A stretch of DNA of 60,973 nt from Verrucomicrobiota bacterium (GTDB lineage: Bacteria > Verrucomicrobiota > Verrucomicrobiia > Opitutales > Seribacteraceae). Under the pieces are notes generated by a model, which saw only the letters and a program-made list of their open reading frames with translations, had not been told where the DNA came from and did no database searches. The stretch covers positions 1 to 60,973 of the forward strand of contig JAQBYT010000021.1 in assembly GCA_027622665.1 (NCBI GenBank), read 5' to 3'. The position numbers and the translations under genes were made by a program. Shown here piece after piece: positions 28,768-40,011 of this stretch; within the stretch, counting starts at the first letter, position 1, and every line of letters starts with the position of its first letter.

Positions 28768-30610
28768 TCTCTTTCTGTACTTTGGGCCTAGGAAGGGCCT
28801 TGGTTTTTACTTCCTCAAGGAGTTTAGCCAGACATTCGTCTACGGTCATGGGGCCATCCAGTTCGGGGTTGGCTCGTGAACGGACGGAGATTTTCCCTTC
28901 CTCAGCTTCGCGTTTCCCGAGAACCAGCATGTGGGGGATCTTGTCGTTTTCGGCGTTGCGGATCTTGGCTCCGAGCTTCGCTGCATGTTTATCCACGCTC
29001 CCTCGAAGTCCGGCGGATTGGAATTTTTCTAGAATTTCTTGAGCCTGAGGAACCAGGTCGTCGTTCATCGGGAGCAGACGCACTTGCTCGGGTGCAAGCC
29101 AAGTCGGGAAGCTTCCAGCAAAGTGCTCGATGAGAACGCCGCAGAATCGCTCCATGGAACCGAACGGCGCTCTATGAATCATGACGGGGCGATGCTCCTT
29201 GTTGTCGGAACCCACGTAGGAGAGATCGAAGCGCTCGGGCAGGTTGTAGTCTACCTGCACCGTCCCGAGTTGCCATTCACGACCGATGACGTCCTTGACA
29301 ATGAAGTCGATCTTCGGGCCGTAAAACGCTGCCTCGCCTGGTTCCTCAACGTAATCTACGCCCATGGCCTTGACTGCTTCACGGAGGTCGGATTCCGCCT
29401 TGTCCCATGCGGCGGGATCTCCAACGTACTTGTCGGATTCGGGATCACGCAAACTAACGCGAACTCGATAATCGTTCATTCCCAGAATGGAGAAAACTAG
29501 CTTCACCAATCCCAGACAACCTTGAATCTCATCCTGAAGTTGATCTTCTCGGAGAAAGAGGTGAGCGTCGTCCTGAGTGAAACCGCGAACACGAGTCATG
29601 CCGTTGAGTTCGCCAGATTGCTCCCAGCGATAGACCGTACCGAACTCGGCGAGGCGAACAGGGAGATCGCGGTAAGAGTGCTGTTCGGAGCGAAAGATGC
29701 GGATATGCATCGGACAGTTCATCGGTTTGAGCAGGTACCCCTCGATTTCCCCTTGATCTAGCTTGTTGGAGAGTTCTGAGCAGGAACAACCTTCTTCAGC
29801 TAGCGCTTCGAGGCATTCGCGATGAACGATTGGCGGGTATTGCGATTCTCGATAGTATGGGAAATGGCCCGAAGTGCGGAATAAATCTAGTTTCCCGATG
29901 TGTGGAGTGTATACTTGCGAGTAGCCTTGCTTGGTGAGTTCTTCGGAGATGAACCTCTCAAGCTCTTGTCGAATGATAGCACCCTTGGGTTTCCAGAGGA
30001 CCAAGCCTTGCCCTACCATTTCGTCGATGTGAAATAGCCCGAGTTCGCGACCGAGTTGGCGGTGGTCTCGCTTCTTAGCTTCCTCTAATTGTTCAAGGTA
30101 TTGAGCTAATTCATCCTTGGTGGGAAAGGCAGTCCCGTAAATTCTTTGCAGTTGCTTGTTCTTTTCGTCTCCTCGGTGGTATGCTCCCGCTATGCTGAGA
30201 AGTTTGAAGGCTTTGAGCTTTTTCGTGTAACCGACATGGCTCCCGGCGCAAAGGTCTAGGAATTCCCCGTTCCGGTAAAAGGAAATGTCTTCCCCTTCCG
30301 GGATGTCCTGAAGTCGACCTAACTTGTAGGTTTCCTGTCCCATCTCGGAGATCAGCTTTATGGCCTCGTCCCGATTTACCTCCATTCGCACGAACTTCTG
30401 GTTTTCTTTCACTACTTTTTTCATTTCGGATTCGATGGATTCCAAATCCTGAGCAGTGAAATTGTGATCGAGATCAAAATCGTAGTAGAAACCGGTGTTA
30501 GTCGGAGGACCTATATCCAGTTTGGTCTCGGGGAAAAGACGCAGCACAGCAGTCGCCAAGATGTGAGATGCCGAGTGGCGAAGTTCCTCAATCGGAGTCA
30601 TTTGCTTCAT
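28760..30610 (-). CDS. thrS: Threonine--tRNA ligase
   Basis: RHSASH, DLCAGSH, RDHR, KPMNCP, RVRGFTQDDAH, FYGPKID, HRAPFGSMERF. Confidence 0.98.
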   Translation of the reverse strand: MKQMTPIEELRHSASHILATAVLRLFPETKLDIGPPTNTGFYYDFDLDHNFTAQDLESIESEMKKVVKENQKFVRMEVNRDEAIKLISEMGQETYKLGRLQDIPEGEDISFYRNGEFLDLCAGSHVGYTKKLKAFKLLSIAGAYHRGDEKNKQLQRIYGTAFPTKDELAQYLEQLEEAKKRDHRQLGRELGLFHIDEMVGQGLVLWKPKGAIIRQELERFISEELTKQGYSQVYTPHIGKLDLFRTSGHFPYYRESQYPPIVHRECLEALAEEGCSCSELSNKLDQGEIEGYLLKPMNCPMHIRIFRSEQHSYRDLPVRLAEFGTVYRWEQSGELNGMTRVRGFTQDDAHLFLREDQLQDEIQGCLGLVKLVFSILGMNDYRVRVSLRDPESDKYVGDPAAWDKAESDLREAVKAMGVDYVEEPGEAAFYGPKIDFIVKDVIGREWQLGTVQVDYNLPERFDLSYVGSDNKEHRPVMIHRAPFGSMERFCGVLIEHFAGSFPTWLAPEQVRLLPMNDDLVPQAQEILEKFQSAGLRGSVDKHAAKLGAKIRNAENDKIPHMLVLGKREAEEGKISVRSRANPELDGPMTVDECLAKLLEEVKTKALPRPKVQKENG

Positions 30611-30697
30611 TGTTACTAGCGGTTTTTGAGGGTCGAGTAATTAATGCAGGCGGGCCAATACCGGCAACGCCAAAGGAAATACCTCCTTGCTCTCCCT

Positions 30698-33600
30698 TTA
30701 GGAGGCAAGGTTTGGCCTAAGCCACTTTTCCGCTTCCTCTACAGTCCAATCTTTACGGGCGGCATAGTCTTTCACTTGATCTTGGTTTATGCGACCCAAG
30801 TTGAAATAGTTTGCTTTAGGGTTGGAGAAATAGAGACCGCAAACAGAGGACCCCGGATTCATCGCCCGAGATTCCGTCAACTGAACGCCAGTCGATTGTT
30901 CCGCATCCAGAATGTTCCATAACGTGTCCTTCTCGGTGTGGTCGGGTTGGCAGGGGTAGCCTGAGGCGGGACGGATGCCTTGGTATTTTTCCGCAATGCG
31001 GGCATCACTGTCGAGATTTTCTTTTTCTCCGAACCCCCACCAACAGCGAATCTTGTGGTGCATGTATTCGGCCATCGCTTCCGCAAACCGATCTCCCAGA
31101 GCCTTGACGATGATTGACGAGTAGTCGTCTCCCGTATCTTGAAAAGTTCTGGCAAAAGTTTCTACTCCGGATCCTGCTGTTACGGCAAAGCCGCCAAGGT
31201 AGTCCGTAATGCCTGATGACTTTGGGGCTATGTAGTCAGCCAAGCAGTATTGGGTCTTTTTGCTCAGGATTTCTTGTTGTCGGCGAAGGAACCTAAAGGT
31301 GGCAAGGGTGGTGTCCCTTGACTTTCCGTCATATAATTCGACGTCATCCCCAATGGAGTTGGCATGCCATAGACCTACCGCGGCGCGGCATTGAAAACGT
31401 TTTTCGGAAATGATTTGATCGAGGATTTTCCTGCCATCGTCATAAAGTGATTTGGCTTCTTTGCCTAAATCCCCTTTTTGGAAAATATCGGGGAATTTGC
31501 CTTTTAGCTCCCATGACCAGAAAAAGGGTGACCAATCGAAATATTCCACGACCGTTTCAAGTGAAACTTCTTCGAAAACACTTACTCCGAGCCTATTCTC
31601 TGCCGGTTCCTCGATTCTTTCGGAAGACCAGTCCAGCGATAATTTTCGGCTTCGGGCCTCTTCGAGTGAAAGTAGTTTCGGTCCGTTTGCAGTGGCATGC
31701 TTTTCACGCAATTCCGCCTGTGTCTTCCTTAGCGATTCGACAAAGTCCTTCTTCTTTTCCGGATTGGTCAACTCATTGCAAACATTGACCACGAGGGAGG
31801 CGTCGGCGACTTGAACCACAGGCTGGTCATAGTGTGGAGCTAGTTTTATGGCAGTGTGAGCTTTGCTTGTAGTGGCGCCCCCGATGAGTAAGGGGATGGT
31901 CCATCCTTGCCGCTTCATTTCGGCGGCATTGCTGGCCATTTCGTCAAGAGATGGTGTGATTAAGCCGCTCAAGCCGATAATATCGGCATTTTTCTCCTTT
32001 GCCGCCTGTAGAATCTTTTCGCAGGAAACCATTACTCCGAGGTCTTCGACTTCCCAGTTGTTGCATGCGAGAACTACGGCGACTATATTTTTGCCGATGT
32101 CGTGGACGTCTCCCTTGACGGTGGCAATGATCATTGTGCCCCGTTTGCTGCTTGCGCCAGCTTGTTTCTCGGCGTCCATGAACGGCTCCAGATAGGCGAC
32201 TGCACGCTTCATGACTCGTGCGCTTTTCACTACCTGTGGAAGGAACATTTTACCGTCTCCAAACAGCTTGCCCACAATCTTCATGCCATCCATTAGCGGT
32301 CCCTCGATGACCTCAAGGGGGCGACCCAGTTCCTGTCTGGCCTCTTCGGCGTCTTTCTCGACGTAATCGCCGATGCCTTTAACCAAGGCGTGGGCCAGTC
32401 GCTCCGTTACGGATAATTCTCGCCAAGAAAGATCAGGTCCCGAAGACTTCTTGCCCGAGGCTTGATCTTTTACCTTTTCGGCATGTTCTAAAAGTTGATC
32501 CGATGCATCCGCCCTGCGGTTTAATATGACATCCTCAACCCTTTCACGCAATATGGGATCAATTTCGTCATAGACCTCCAGCATGCCGGCATTGACGATA
32601 CCCATGTCCAAACCCGCCTTGCGCGCATGATATAGAAAAACAGTGTGCATGGCCTCGCGGACAGTATTGTTTCCTCGAAAAGAAAAGGAGACGTTACTTA
32701 TTCCACCGCTCGTTCGAGCATGCGGGCAACGTTTCTTGATCTCGCGTACTGCCTCGATGAAGTCTATGCCGTATGAGTCGTGTTCGGATATACCTGTGGC
32801 GACTGTTAGGACGTTCGGGTCGAAAATTATGTCTTCCGGTGGGAAACCGACCTCCTCCACTAATATTTTATAAGCCCTTTCACAGATCCGGATTTTGTCG
32901 TCCAGGGTGGCCGCTTGTCCTTTTTCATCAAAAGCCATGACCACGATTGATGCACCGTAGCGAAGGGCAAGGTGTGCTTGCTTCCTAAAGGAATCTGCCC
33001 CTTCCTTTAAGCTGATCGAGTTTACGATGCACTTTCCTTGAGTTACCTTCAATCCCGCCTCGATGACAGACCATTTCGAACTGTCTATCATTATCGGTAC
33101 TCGAACAATGTCGGGTTCGCCTGCCACTAGATTGAGAAAGCGAGTCATACAGGCTTCGCCGTCCAGAAGAGGGGCGTCAAAGTTGACGTCGATGACGTTG
33201 GCCCCGGTGTCCACTTGTTGCTTGGCCACGGAGAGAGCTGCTTCGAAGTCCTGGGCTTCGATGAGCTTACGAAAACGGGGAGATCCCATGACGTTCGTTC
33301 GTTCACCGATCATCAGAAACGGGGCGTCGTTGCCCTTTAGATGAAAGGGTTCTAGTCCGCTTAGCCTTAGGGCAGGCTCGATTTTAGGCGCATGCCGAGG
33401 AGGGTGCTCGGAAAGCTTTTCCACGATGGCGTGGATGTGTTCAGGGGTTGTTCCGCAACAACCACCCGCAATGTTTAGCAGACCTTCTTTGGCAAAGACG
33501 GAAAGGGAGTCGGCTGTGTCATCCGGGGTTTCATCGTAACCCGTAGGGGCTAGTGGATTTGGTAGTCCGGCATTCGGGTAACAGTGTATGAGACAGCTGG

Positions 33601-34411
33601 CGTTACGGGAGAGTTCTTGGAGATAAGGACGCATCGCGTCCGCACCTAATGCGCAGTTGAGACCCACGCAGAGTGGGTTTGAATGAGAGATGGAATTCCA
33701 ACTGGCCTCGGTTGTCTGACCGGAGAGAGTTCGACCTGAGGCATCCGTGATCGTTATGGACAAGATGAGCGGGAGTCGTCGACCGATCTCGTCAAATAAA
33801 TCCTCGATGGCAAAAAGAGCTGCCTTTAAATTGAGAGTGTCAAAGGTTGTTTCGGGCAAGAGCAGGTCGACGCCACCTTCAATTAAGGCTTTTGCTTGGT
33901 TGCGGTAAGCGGTTACAAGTTCGTCAAAGGTAACGTTTCTTTTGGACGGGTCGTTGACGTCGGGGGAGAGTGAGGTGGTGCGGTTTGTGGGTCCGATGGC
34001 ACCGGCCACGAAACGAGGTCGACTCGGGTCCTTTTCCATTGCTTCGTCTGCTGCGGCACGAGCGAGCAGAGCCGCTGCGACATTCAGGTCATGAACGATT
34101 CCCTCTAGAGAATAGTCCGCCATTGCGATGGAGGTTCCGCTGAAGGTGTTGGTCTCCACCATGTCGCTTCCCGCCTCGAAGTAGGCACTGTGGATATCCT
34201 TTATTATGTCAGGTCGCGTGAGGCAGAGAAGATCGTTGTTGCCCTTCAGCTCTTTGTCGTGAGCCTTAAATAAGTCTCCACGAAAGTCGTCCTCCTCCAG
34301 CTTGTGTTGTTGGATCATGGTGCCCATGGCACCATCCAAGTAGACAATACGTTGCTCTAGTAATTGTCGAAGGTCGGCTTCGCTTGGCTTGTCTTTTGAA
34401 AAATTCCTCAT
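30698..34411 (-). CDS. metH: Cobalamin-dependent methionine synthase
   Basis: [27 protein letters not shown]...SGL B12-binding motif, C-terminal reactivation domain. Confidence 0.98.
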   Translation of the reverse strand: MRNFSKDKPSEADLRQLLEQRIVYLDGAMGTMIQQHKLEEDDFRGDLFKAHDKELKGNNDLLCLTRPDIIKDIHSAYFEAGSDMVETNTFSGTSIAMADYSLEGIVHDLNVAAALLARAAADEAMEKDPSRPRFVAGAIGPTNRTTSLSPDVNDPSKRNVTFDELVTAYRNQAKALIEGGVDLLLPETTFDTLNLKAALFAIEDLFDEIGRRLPLILSITITDASGRTLSGQTTEASWNSISHSNPLCVGLNCALGADAMRPYLQELSRNASCLIHCYPNAGLPNPLAPTGYDETPDDTADSLSVFAKEGLLNIAGGCCGTTPEHIHAIVEKLSEHPPRHAPKIEPALRLSGLEPFHLKGNDAPFLMIGERTNVMGSPRFRKLIEAQDFEAALSVAKQQVDTGANVIDVNFDAPLLDGEACMTRFLNLVAGEPDIVRVPIMIDSSKWSVIEAGLKVTQGKCIVNSISLKEGADSFRKQAHLALRYGASIVVMAFDEKGQAATLDDKIRICERAYKILVEEVGFPPEDIIFDPNVLTVATGISEHDSYGIDFIEAVREIKKRCPHARTSGGISNVSFSFRGNNTVREAMHTVFLYHARKAGLDMGIVNAGMLEVYDEIDPILRERVEDVILNRRADASDQLLEHAEKVKDQASGKKSSGPDLSWRELSVTERLAHALVKGIGDYVEKDAEEARQELGRPLEVIEGPLMDGMKIVGKLFGDGKMFLPQVVKSARVMKRAVAYLEPFMDAEKQAGASSKRGTMIIATVKGDVHDIGKNIVAVVLACNNWEVEDLGVMVSCEKILQAAKEKNADIIGLSGLITPSLDEMASNAAEMKRQGWTIPLLIGGATTSKAHTAIKLAPHYDQPVVQVADASLVVNVCNELTNPEKKKDFVESLRKTQAELREKHATANGPKLLSLEEARSRKLSLDWSSERIEEPAENRLGVSVFEEVSLETVVEYFDWSPFFWSWELKGKFPDIFQKGDLGKEAKSLYDDGRKILDQIISEKRFQCRAAVGLWHANSIGDDVELYDGKSRDTTLATFRFLRRQQEILSKKTQYCLADYIAPKSSGITDYLGGFAVTAGSGVETFARTFQDTGDDYSSIIVKALGDRFAEAMAEYMHHKIRCWWGFGEKENLDSDARIAEKYQGIRPASGYPCQPDHTEKDTLWNILDAEQSTGVQLTESRAMNPGSSVCGLYFSNPKANYFNLGRINQDQVKDYAARKDWTVEEAEKWLRPNLAS

Positions 34412-34417
34412 CTTTTT

Positions 34418-34453
34418 AAACGCATCAACATATCATGATGCGTTGATGCGTTT
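34418..34453. promoter_or_regulatory. Nested palindrome upstream of metH, candidate repressor operator (SahR-like spacing)
   Basis: AAACGCATCAAC (34418-34429) and GTTGATGCGTTT (34442-34453) form a perfect inverted repeat; inner CGCATCA-N8-TGATGCG; 6 bp from the metH start. Confidence 0.55.
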
Positions 34454-34559
34454 TTGGCAAACCCAAACGATGATTATGACTGAACGATCAATATTTTGAA
34501 GATTGATTGGAATTGCTTTGCTTGTCTCCTTGAAATATCTATCATTTATTTCTTTGTTT

Positions 34560-34637
34560 CGGGACGTAGCGTAGTCTGGTTAGCGCGCCTGCTTTGGGAG
34601 CAGGAGGCCGAGAGTTCGAATCTCTCCGTCCCGACCA
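34560..34637 (+). tRNA. tRNA-Pro(UGG)
   Basis: CGGGACG/CGTCCCG acceptor stem, CCTGC-TTTGGGA-GCAGG anticodon arm, GTTCGAATC, encoded CCA. Confidence 0.97.
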
Positions 34638-34655
34638 TTCCTGCTCACTTGAATA

Positions 34656-35135
34656 ATGACCGCCAGGGAAGTCATCGAAAGCCTTGAATTGGAACGGCAT
34701 CCTGAAGGTGGTTGGTTTCGCCGGACTTTTGAATCAAGTAGTAAAATTCCCACGCCACATGGTGCACGTGCACTGGGTTCTTGCATTTACTATTTGCTAG
34801 CTGGGAATGAATACTCGGCTTGGCATCATTTGAGGAGCGACGAGACCTGGTTCTTTCACGCCGGTTGCGGTCTACAGGTACATATGTTTGGGGTTGATGG
34901 TTATGTGAGCCAAACTCTTGGACCTGAAATGTCTACAGGCGCTAAACCACAATTCACGATTCCAGCCCAAACCACTTTTGCGGCTGAGCTTTGTAACGTC
35001 GGTGAATGGTGCCTTATTGGTTGTTCAGTCTTTCCGGGGTTCGATTTTGCCGATTTCACTTGGGGCGATATTGATGGCTTTTGTGAAAGTTTTCCCGAGC
35101 AAACCGAGCTCTTGCTGCGTTTGGGGAGGAAATAA
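34656..35135 (+). CDS. Cupin superfamily protein (DUF985/Cupin_5)
   Basis: LERHPEGGWFR, IYYLL, WHHLRSDETWFFHAG, PGFDFADF. Confidence 0.92.
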   Translation: MTAREVIESLELERHPEGGWFRRTFESSSKIPTPHGARALGSCIYYLLAGNEYSAWHHLRSDETWFFHAGCGLQVHMFGVDGYVSQTLGPEMSTGAKPQFTIPAQTTFAAELCNVGEWCLIGCSVFPGFDFADFTWGDIDGFCESFPEQTELLLRLGRK

Positions 35136-35146
35136 TTTCCAATTCC

Positions 35147-35743
35147 ATGGAAGGATTCGAAAAGTTGTCGTTTGCCGGAAGAGACATTTTTCGGGGGCAT
35201 TTGCCCGATCACGCTCAACGAACTTCTCGTTTGTTGCATGAATTGCATGCTGGAATGAAAGACTTTTCTTTTTCTCACAAGATTGGCGGACGATGGGAAA
35301 ATTCCTACCTACCCATAGAAAAGGTTCCCAGTGTTCGCGACATTGTACGTCCTGCACGGGATTTGGCGGTGAACCTTTATGGGGATCCGTTGGTGGCGTT
35401 GTACGATCCACCCTCTGGACTTGAGCACCCGCCTTTCTGGTTTAACCTTGCTGCCACCGGAGAGAGTACCGGCGTACACAATCATGCCCGAGATTCTGTG
35501 GTTTCCGGTGTTTACTATCTTAATACGCCTATTGATTCAGGTGAACTCTTCTTCAGGTCCGAAGGAGCGGAGGACTTAACTCTTGCTCCTGAAACAGGAG
35601 TTTTAATCCTGTTCCCTTCGGTGCTGCGCCACGGTGTACGAAGAAATTATGCATCCGGAAAACGCATCTCCATGGCGTTCAATTTATTCGCTTTTCCTCT
35701 GCCAATCTTCCGGATGGAAACATTTGGGGCTGAGGTCCCTTGA
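35147..35743 (+). CDS. Putative 2OG-Fe(II) oxygenase-family protein
   Basis: WFN...HNH...SGVYY...GEL...LFPSVLRHGV...RISMAFN pattern. Confidence 0.8.
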   Translation: MEGFEKLSFAGRDIFRGHLPDHAQRTSRLLHELHAGMKDFSFSHKIGGRWENSYLPIEKVPSVRDIVRPARDLAVNLYGDPLVALYDPPSGLEHPPFWFNLAATGESTGVHNHARDSVVSGVYYLNTPIDSGELFFRSEGAEDLTLAPETGVLILFPSVLRHGVRRNYASGKRISMAFNLFAFPLPIFRMETFGAEVP

Positions 35744-35886
35744 TCTTTTCTCGTGCGAGATCACGAAAATCTTGTTTTCAAGCTTGAAATTACTGCAAAA
35801 AAGCTACATTTCGGAATATGTAAATTGTAACTATTTTGTTCGCTCACTTCGTCTGCTAATCTGACTTTTCGTTGCCCATTGTTGCT

Positions 35887-37731
35887 ATGGCTCAAGCCAA
35901 AGATAGTTTTATTGAAATCGAGTCGGCGGTCGTCCGTTTCGCGGGTGATTCCGGTGACGGTATGCAGACTGTGGGTGAACGCTTTACGGACAGTAGTGCA
36001 TTTGCCGGAAACGACATTGCCACATTGCCTGATTTCCCTGCTGAAATTCGAGCCCCCGCTGGAACCTTGGCGGGTGTTTCCGGTTTTCAGGTACAGTTCG
36101 GTAGCCGGGAAATTCTTACACCCGGCGACGAACCCGATGCACTTGTCGCCATGAATCCGGCTGCTCTCAAGTCGAATTTAGCCGATTTGCCGGCTGGCGG
36201 CATGCTGGTAGTCAATACGGCAGCCTTTAAAAAGATGAACTTGGCCAAGGCGGGTTATGAAACTAATCCGCTGGAAGACGAGGACTTGCGGAATAAATAT
36301 CATCTTGTAGAGATTGATTTCACGAGCTTGACGAAGGAAGCGCTTTCCGAAAGCCCTCTCAAGCCTACGGACAAGGCACGTTGCAAGAATTTCTTCGCTC
36401 TCGGCTTCATGTACTATGTGTACGGACGTCCCTTAGACCCCACTCTCAAGTTCTTTCAAGACAAGTGGGGCAAGCGCCTGCCGGACTTAGCAGAGGCTAA
36501 TACACTTGCGCTCAAAGCCGGTTTCAACTTGGGCGACACGATGGAATCGGCCCGAAATCGTTACCAAATCATCAAGGCTCCCTTTGATTCAGGTGTTTAC
36601 CGTAAAATTTCAGGGAACGAGGCATTGGTATACGGGTTAGTCGCTGCATCTAAGCAATCCAAGCGCGAATTAGTCTACGCAGGTTATCCCATAACCCCTG
36701 CATCTCCGATCCTGGAAGGTCTTTCCGCACTCAAGCATTTTGGCGTAAAGACAATTCAAGCCGAAGACGAAATTGCTGCCATGGGCATGGCCTTGGGCGC
36801 TAGTTTTACAGGCAAGCTTTCTGTATGCGCCACCAGTGGTCCGGGAATGTGCCTAAAGAGCGAGTTTATTGGTTTGGCTTCGATTACTGAATTGCCCTTG
36901 ATCATTTGCAACATTCAGCGTGGTGGTCCAAGCACGGGTTTGCCTACTAAAAACGAGCAGAGCGATCTTTTGCAAAGCATGTTTTCTCGAAATGGCGACA
37001 GTCCGATCCCCATTATCGCCGCCCATTCTTCTTCCGATTGCTTTGATTGCGCTATCGAGGCGGCAAGAATAGCCATTACATACAAAACGCCCGTCATTCT
37101 CTTGAGCGATCTTTATATCGCTAATGGAGCTGAACCTTGGCTGGTACCGAATGTTTCCGACCTGCCTGATCTTGAGGTTCCGTTTGCCGATTCAAGTAAA
37201 GAGTACGTTGTTTATAAGCGAGACCCTTCCACCCTTGCTCGCGAGCAGGCTATCCCCGGGCAAGCCGGATTGGAGCATCGAGTTGGCGGTTTGGAAAAAA
37301 ATGAGGAAGGCGGCGTCAGTTATGATCCCAACAACCATGAAGAGATGACGCGACTAAGGGCAGACAAGGTCAATGCCATCGCCAACTCCCTCCCGCCATC
37401 CGAGTTGTTTGGCGATGCTGAAGGCGGAGAACTTCTGGTTCTTGGCTGGGGCGGCACTTATGGCGCAATTACTTCTTCGGTTCGCAACTTACGAACCGAA
37501 GGTTTTTCGGTCAGCAGTCTACATCTCCGCAATCTGAATCCCTTTCCCAACGATTTGGGTGATATCCTCTCCAGGTTCAAAAAAGTTCTGATTCCTGAAC
37601 TGAACATGGGGCAACTGAGCCTCTTGATCCGTTCGAAGTATCTCATCGATGCAATTTCTTATTCAAAGGTGCAGGGTCAACCTTTCAAGGTTTCTGAGCT
37701 GAGTAATAAGATAATTGAAACGATTCGCTAA
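35887..37731 (+). CDS. korA: 2-oxoacid:ferredoxin oxidoreductase alpha subunit
   Basis: RFAGDSGDG, YPITP, QAEDEIAA, TSGPG, QRGGPSTGLPT, ELNMGQL; substrate specificity cannot be determined. Confidence 0.92.
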   Translation: MAQAKDSFIEIESAVVRFAGDSGDGMQTVGERFTDSSAFAGNDIATLPDFPAEIRAPAGTLAGVSGFQVQFGSREILTPGDEPDALVAMNPAALKSNLADLPAGGMLVVNTAAFKKMNLAKAGYETNPLEDEDLRNKYHLVEIDFTSLTKEALSESPLKPTDKARCKNFFALGFMYYVYGRPLDPTLKFFQDKWGKRLPDLAEANTLALKAGFNLGDTMESARNRYQIIKAPFDSGVYRKISGNEALVYGLVAASKQSKRELVYAGYPITPASPILEGLSALKHFGVKTIQAEDEIAAMGMALGASFTGKLSVCATSGPGMCLKSEFIGLASITELPLIICNIQRGGPSTGLPTKNEQSDLLQSMFSRNGDSPIPIIAAHSSSDCFDCAIEAARIAITYKTPVILLSDLYIANGAEPWLVPNVSDLPDLEVPFADSSKEYVVYKRDPSTLAREQAIPGQAGLEHRVGGLEKNEEGGVSYDPNNHEEMTRLRADKVNAIANSLPPSELFGDAEGGELLVLGWGGTYGAITSSVRNLRTEGFSVSSLHLRNLNPFPNDLGDILSRFKKVLIPELNMGQLSLLIRSKYLIDAISYSKVQGQPFKVSELSNKIIETIR

Positions 37732-37752
37732 TTACATTCTTTCGCCATCACG

Positions 37753-38787
37753 ATGAAAACGGCTCTGCCCAAAGAGGAACACGCTCTTAATAAAAAAGAT
37801 TTTGTTGCACCCAACGATGTCCGGTGGTGCCCGGGTTGTGGCGATTACGCTATTCTCAACGCCATACAGCGCACCTTCCCCGAGCTTGGAGTACCGAAGG
37901 AAAATTTTGTGGTCGTCAGCGGGATTGGCTGCTCCAGTCGGTTTCCTTATTATATGAATACTTATGGTTTTCATACCATTCATGGACGAGCACCTACCGT
38001 TGCCACAGGCGTGAAGGTCTCCAACCCGGAACTCTCCGTTTGGCTGGTGACGGGCGATGGCGACGGTCTCTCCATTGGCGGCAATCACCTCCTTCATCTC
38101 CTCCGGAGGAACCCTGATGTAAACGTACTGCTTTTCAATAACCGCATATATGGACTGACCAAAGGCCAATACAGTCCCACTTCCGAGGTTGGGAAAAAGA
38201 CGAAGAGTACGCCTTTCGGTTCGATAGACTACCCCGTTAACCCGCTTCTCTTTGCACTAGGAAGCGAGTCTACCTTTGTGGCTCGTACTAGTGACACCGA
38301 TATGAAGCACATGGTGGAGACTTTTAAGGCTGCCCATGCTCACAAAGGTACCTCATTCATCGAAATCCTTCAGAATTGCGTAATATATAACAACAAAACA
38401 TGGGAACCTGTAACAGGGAGAGAGGGCAAGAGCGAACAAAGCCTGTTTTTGGAAGAAGGTAAGCCGTTGCTTTTTGGAGCCGAACGCAACAAGGGAATTC
38501 GAGTAAATGGTTTTGATCCCGAAGTTGTCACTTTAGGTGAAGATGGCGTCAGCGAGAGCGATCTTTTGGTTCACAACCCCAAAACGTCCAATCCGGCCTA
38601 TCCGGCATTGCTTTCCCAGTTGAATTATCCGACGTTTCCGACGCCATTTGGTATTTTTCGCCAACTAGAAGGTCGGGAAACCTACGAGAATGCCCTTACC
38701 CAGCAGTTGGCGGCCTCCCAGTCAAAGCAAGGCGAAGGCGATCTCCAAGCCCTTCTCACCGGCTCGGATTCTTGGGTGGTGGAATAA
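37753..38787 (+). CDS. korB: 2-oxoacid:ferredoxin oxidoreductase beta subunit
   Basis: WCPGCGD, SGIGCSS, HGRA, GDGDGLSIGGNH, NNRIYGLTKGQYSPT. Confidence 0.93.
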   Translation: MKTALPKEEHALNKKDFVAPNDVRWCPGCGDYAILNAIQRTFPELGVPKENFVVVSGIGCSSRFPYYMNTYGFHTIHGRAPTVATGVKVSNPELSVWLVTGDGDGLSIGGNHLLHLLRRNPDVNVLLFNNRIYGLTKGQYSPTSEVGKKTKSTPFGSIDYPVNPLLFALGSESTFVARTSDTDMKHMVETFKAAHAHKGTSFIEILQNCVIYNNKTWEPVTGREGKSEQSLFLEEGKPLLFGAERNKGIRVNGFDPEVVTLGEDGVSESDLLVHNPKTSNPAYPALLSQLNYPTFPTPFGIFRQLEGRETYENALTQQLAASQSKQGEGDLQALLTGSDSWVVE

Positions 38788-38824
38788 CTGGAAGTAATGG
38801 GTGCTCCTTAGGCGAGCTCTTTTC

Positions 38825-39724
38825 TTACTTTCTCCAGCAGCTTCTTTGTCGCGAGAATACCTGCGTCTTCAGATACTCCCCTTCGTACTCAATACCGACC
38901 CAACCGCGATACCTTGCCGCCTTTACTGTTTTCATCATCTTGAGATAGTCGGTTTTTGTTTCGTTGCCCTTGATGTCGAAATCGTGGGATTTAGCACCCA
39001 CGGTCTTCGCGAACGGCAACAGTTCGCGCACTCCTTCGTAGCGATCGTACCATTCGTCTCCTTTTAGGCGAAAGTTCCCAAAGTCGGGAAGGGTGCCACT
39101 TCGGGCATCGTTGACGCTCTTGATGACCGTGGCAAACCACTTGCCCGTTGTAGCAGAGTCCGCCATGGTTTTCCGCGATAAGTTTGATACCGTGCTTGTC
39201 TCCATATATGGTTAAGCGAGCCCGTCCGTAGCGAATTTCACTTGTTCGTCATAGCTTTCCTTGAAGCGAGCATTTACACGGATGGAGTGACCACGGAGGA
39301 ATTTAGCGCATCCACCCATTTGTAATGATTCTCTATAACCTTGCATCGGGTATTCTCATCCGGTTCGCCAAGGTTGCCCTCGCCATAAATCATAATAAGC
39401 AAGTCTGTGACTCCCGAGCCCTTCGATCGCTTCTTTATTTCCTCTAGGTATTTCTTGTCTTTCGCCTTATCCTGGGAGAACTGATTTAAGTATTCCACGG
39501 CCTCAATTTCGAAATCTTTTTTTGCCTTAGCCGCGAAGTCGAGGTTGCCTATGACCTTATTCACACCCACGAACCAGTGATTTAAGAAGCGACCATTGGA
39601 ATAAAGAAATGCGGATCCATGGTTCATTCTTTTTCTTTGCCGATAGAGATGAGGATAACGCTACAGATACAACTCCGGAAACCTTAGTGGTAAGGAAACA
39701 GCGACGAGAGAATGCTCAGGTCAT
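38825..39724 (-). pseudogene. Tat-exported sugar-phosphate isomerase/epimerase (xylose-isomerase-like TIM barrel) pseudogene
   Basis: ATG 39724 followed by TGA at codon 3, then SRRCFL twin-arginine; fragments [31 protein letters not shown] and GIEYEG lie in different frames. Confidence 0.85.
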
Positions 39725-39845
39725 GTCAAGATATGTTATTTGAAAAAACTTACTTTTAACAGACTTACGAATTTATCTTTACGGTCAAGCACTTCAATAT
39801 TCCTTCTGGGTTGACCAGAAGGACGGATTCAACCACAAAGAAAGC

Positions 39846-40004
39846 ATGGATTTTATAGATGATCCCATAATTGGACACACGAAGTTTCGACTTCCGATCC
39901 TTCTCGTTCCGGTATTAATGTTTGCGGTTGTGATTTTGGGTATTGCCGCATCGAAGCTCTTTATAGCATCCGTGGTGGATCATTCACCGACGGCTCATCA
40001 TTGA
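39846..40004 (+). CDS. Putative 52-aa small membrane protein
   Basis: MDFIDDPIIGHTKFRLPILLVPVLMFAVVILGIAASKLFIASVVDHSPTAHH; one hydrophobic helix; stop is 7 bp before the CDGSH gene start. Confidence 0.55.
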   Translation: MDFIDDPIIGHTKFRLPILLVPVLMFAVVILGIAASKLFIASVVDHSPTAHH

Positions 40005-40011
40005 GGAACTG

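Noticed and set aside
34412..34559. SAM or cobalamin riboswitch upstream of metH
   Set aside because: Only ~150 bp shared with the tRNA promoter; no SAM-I or B12-box consensus recognised
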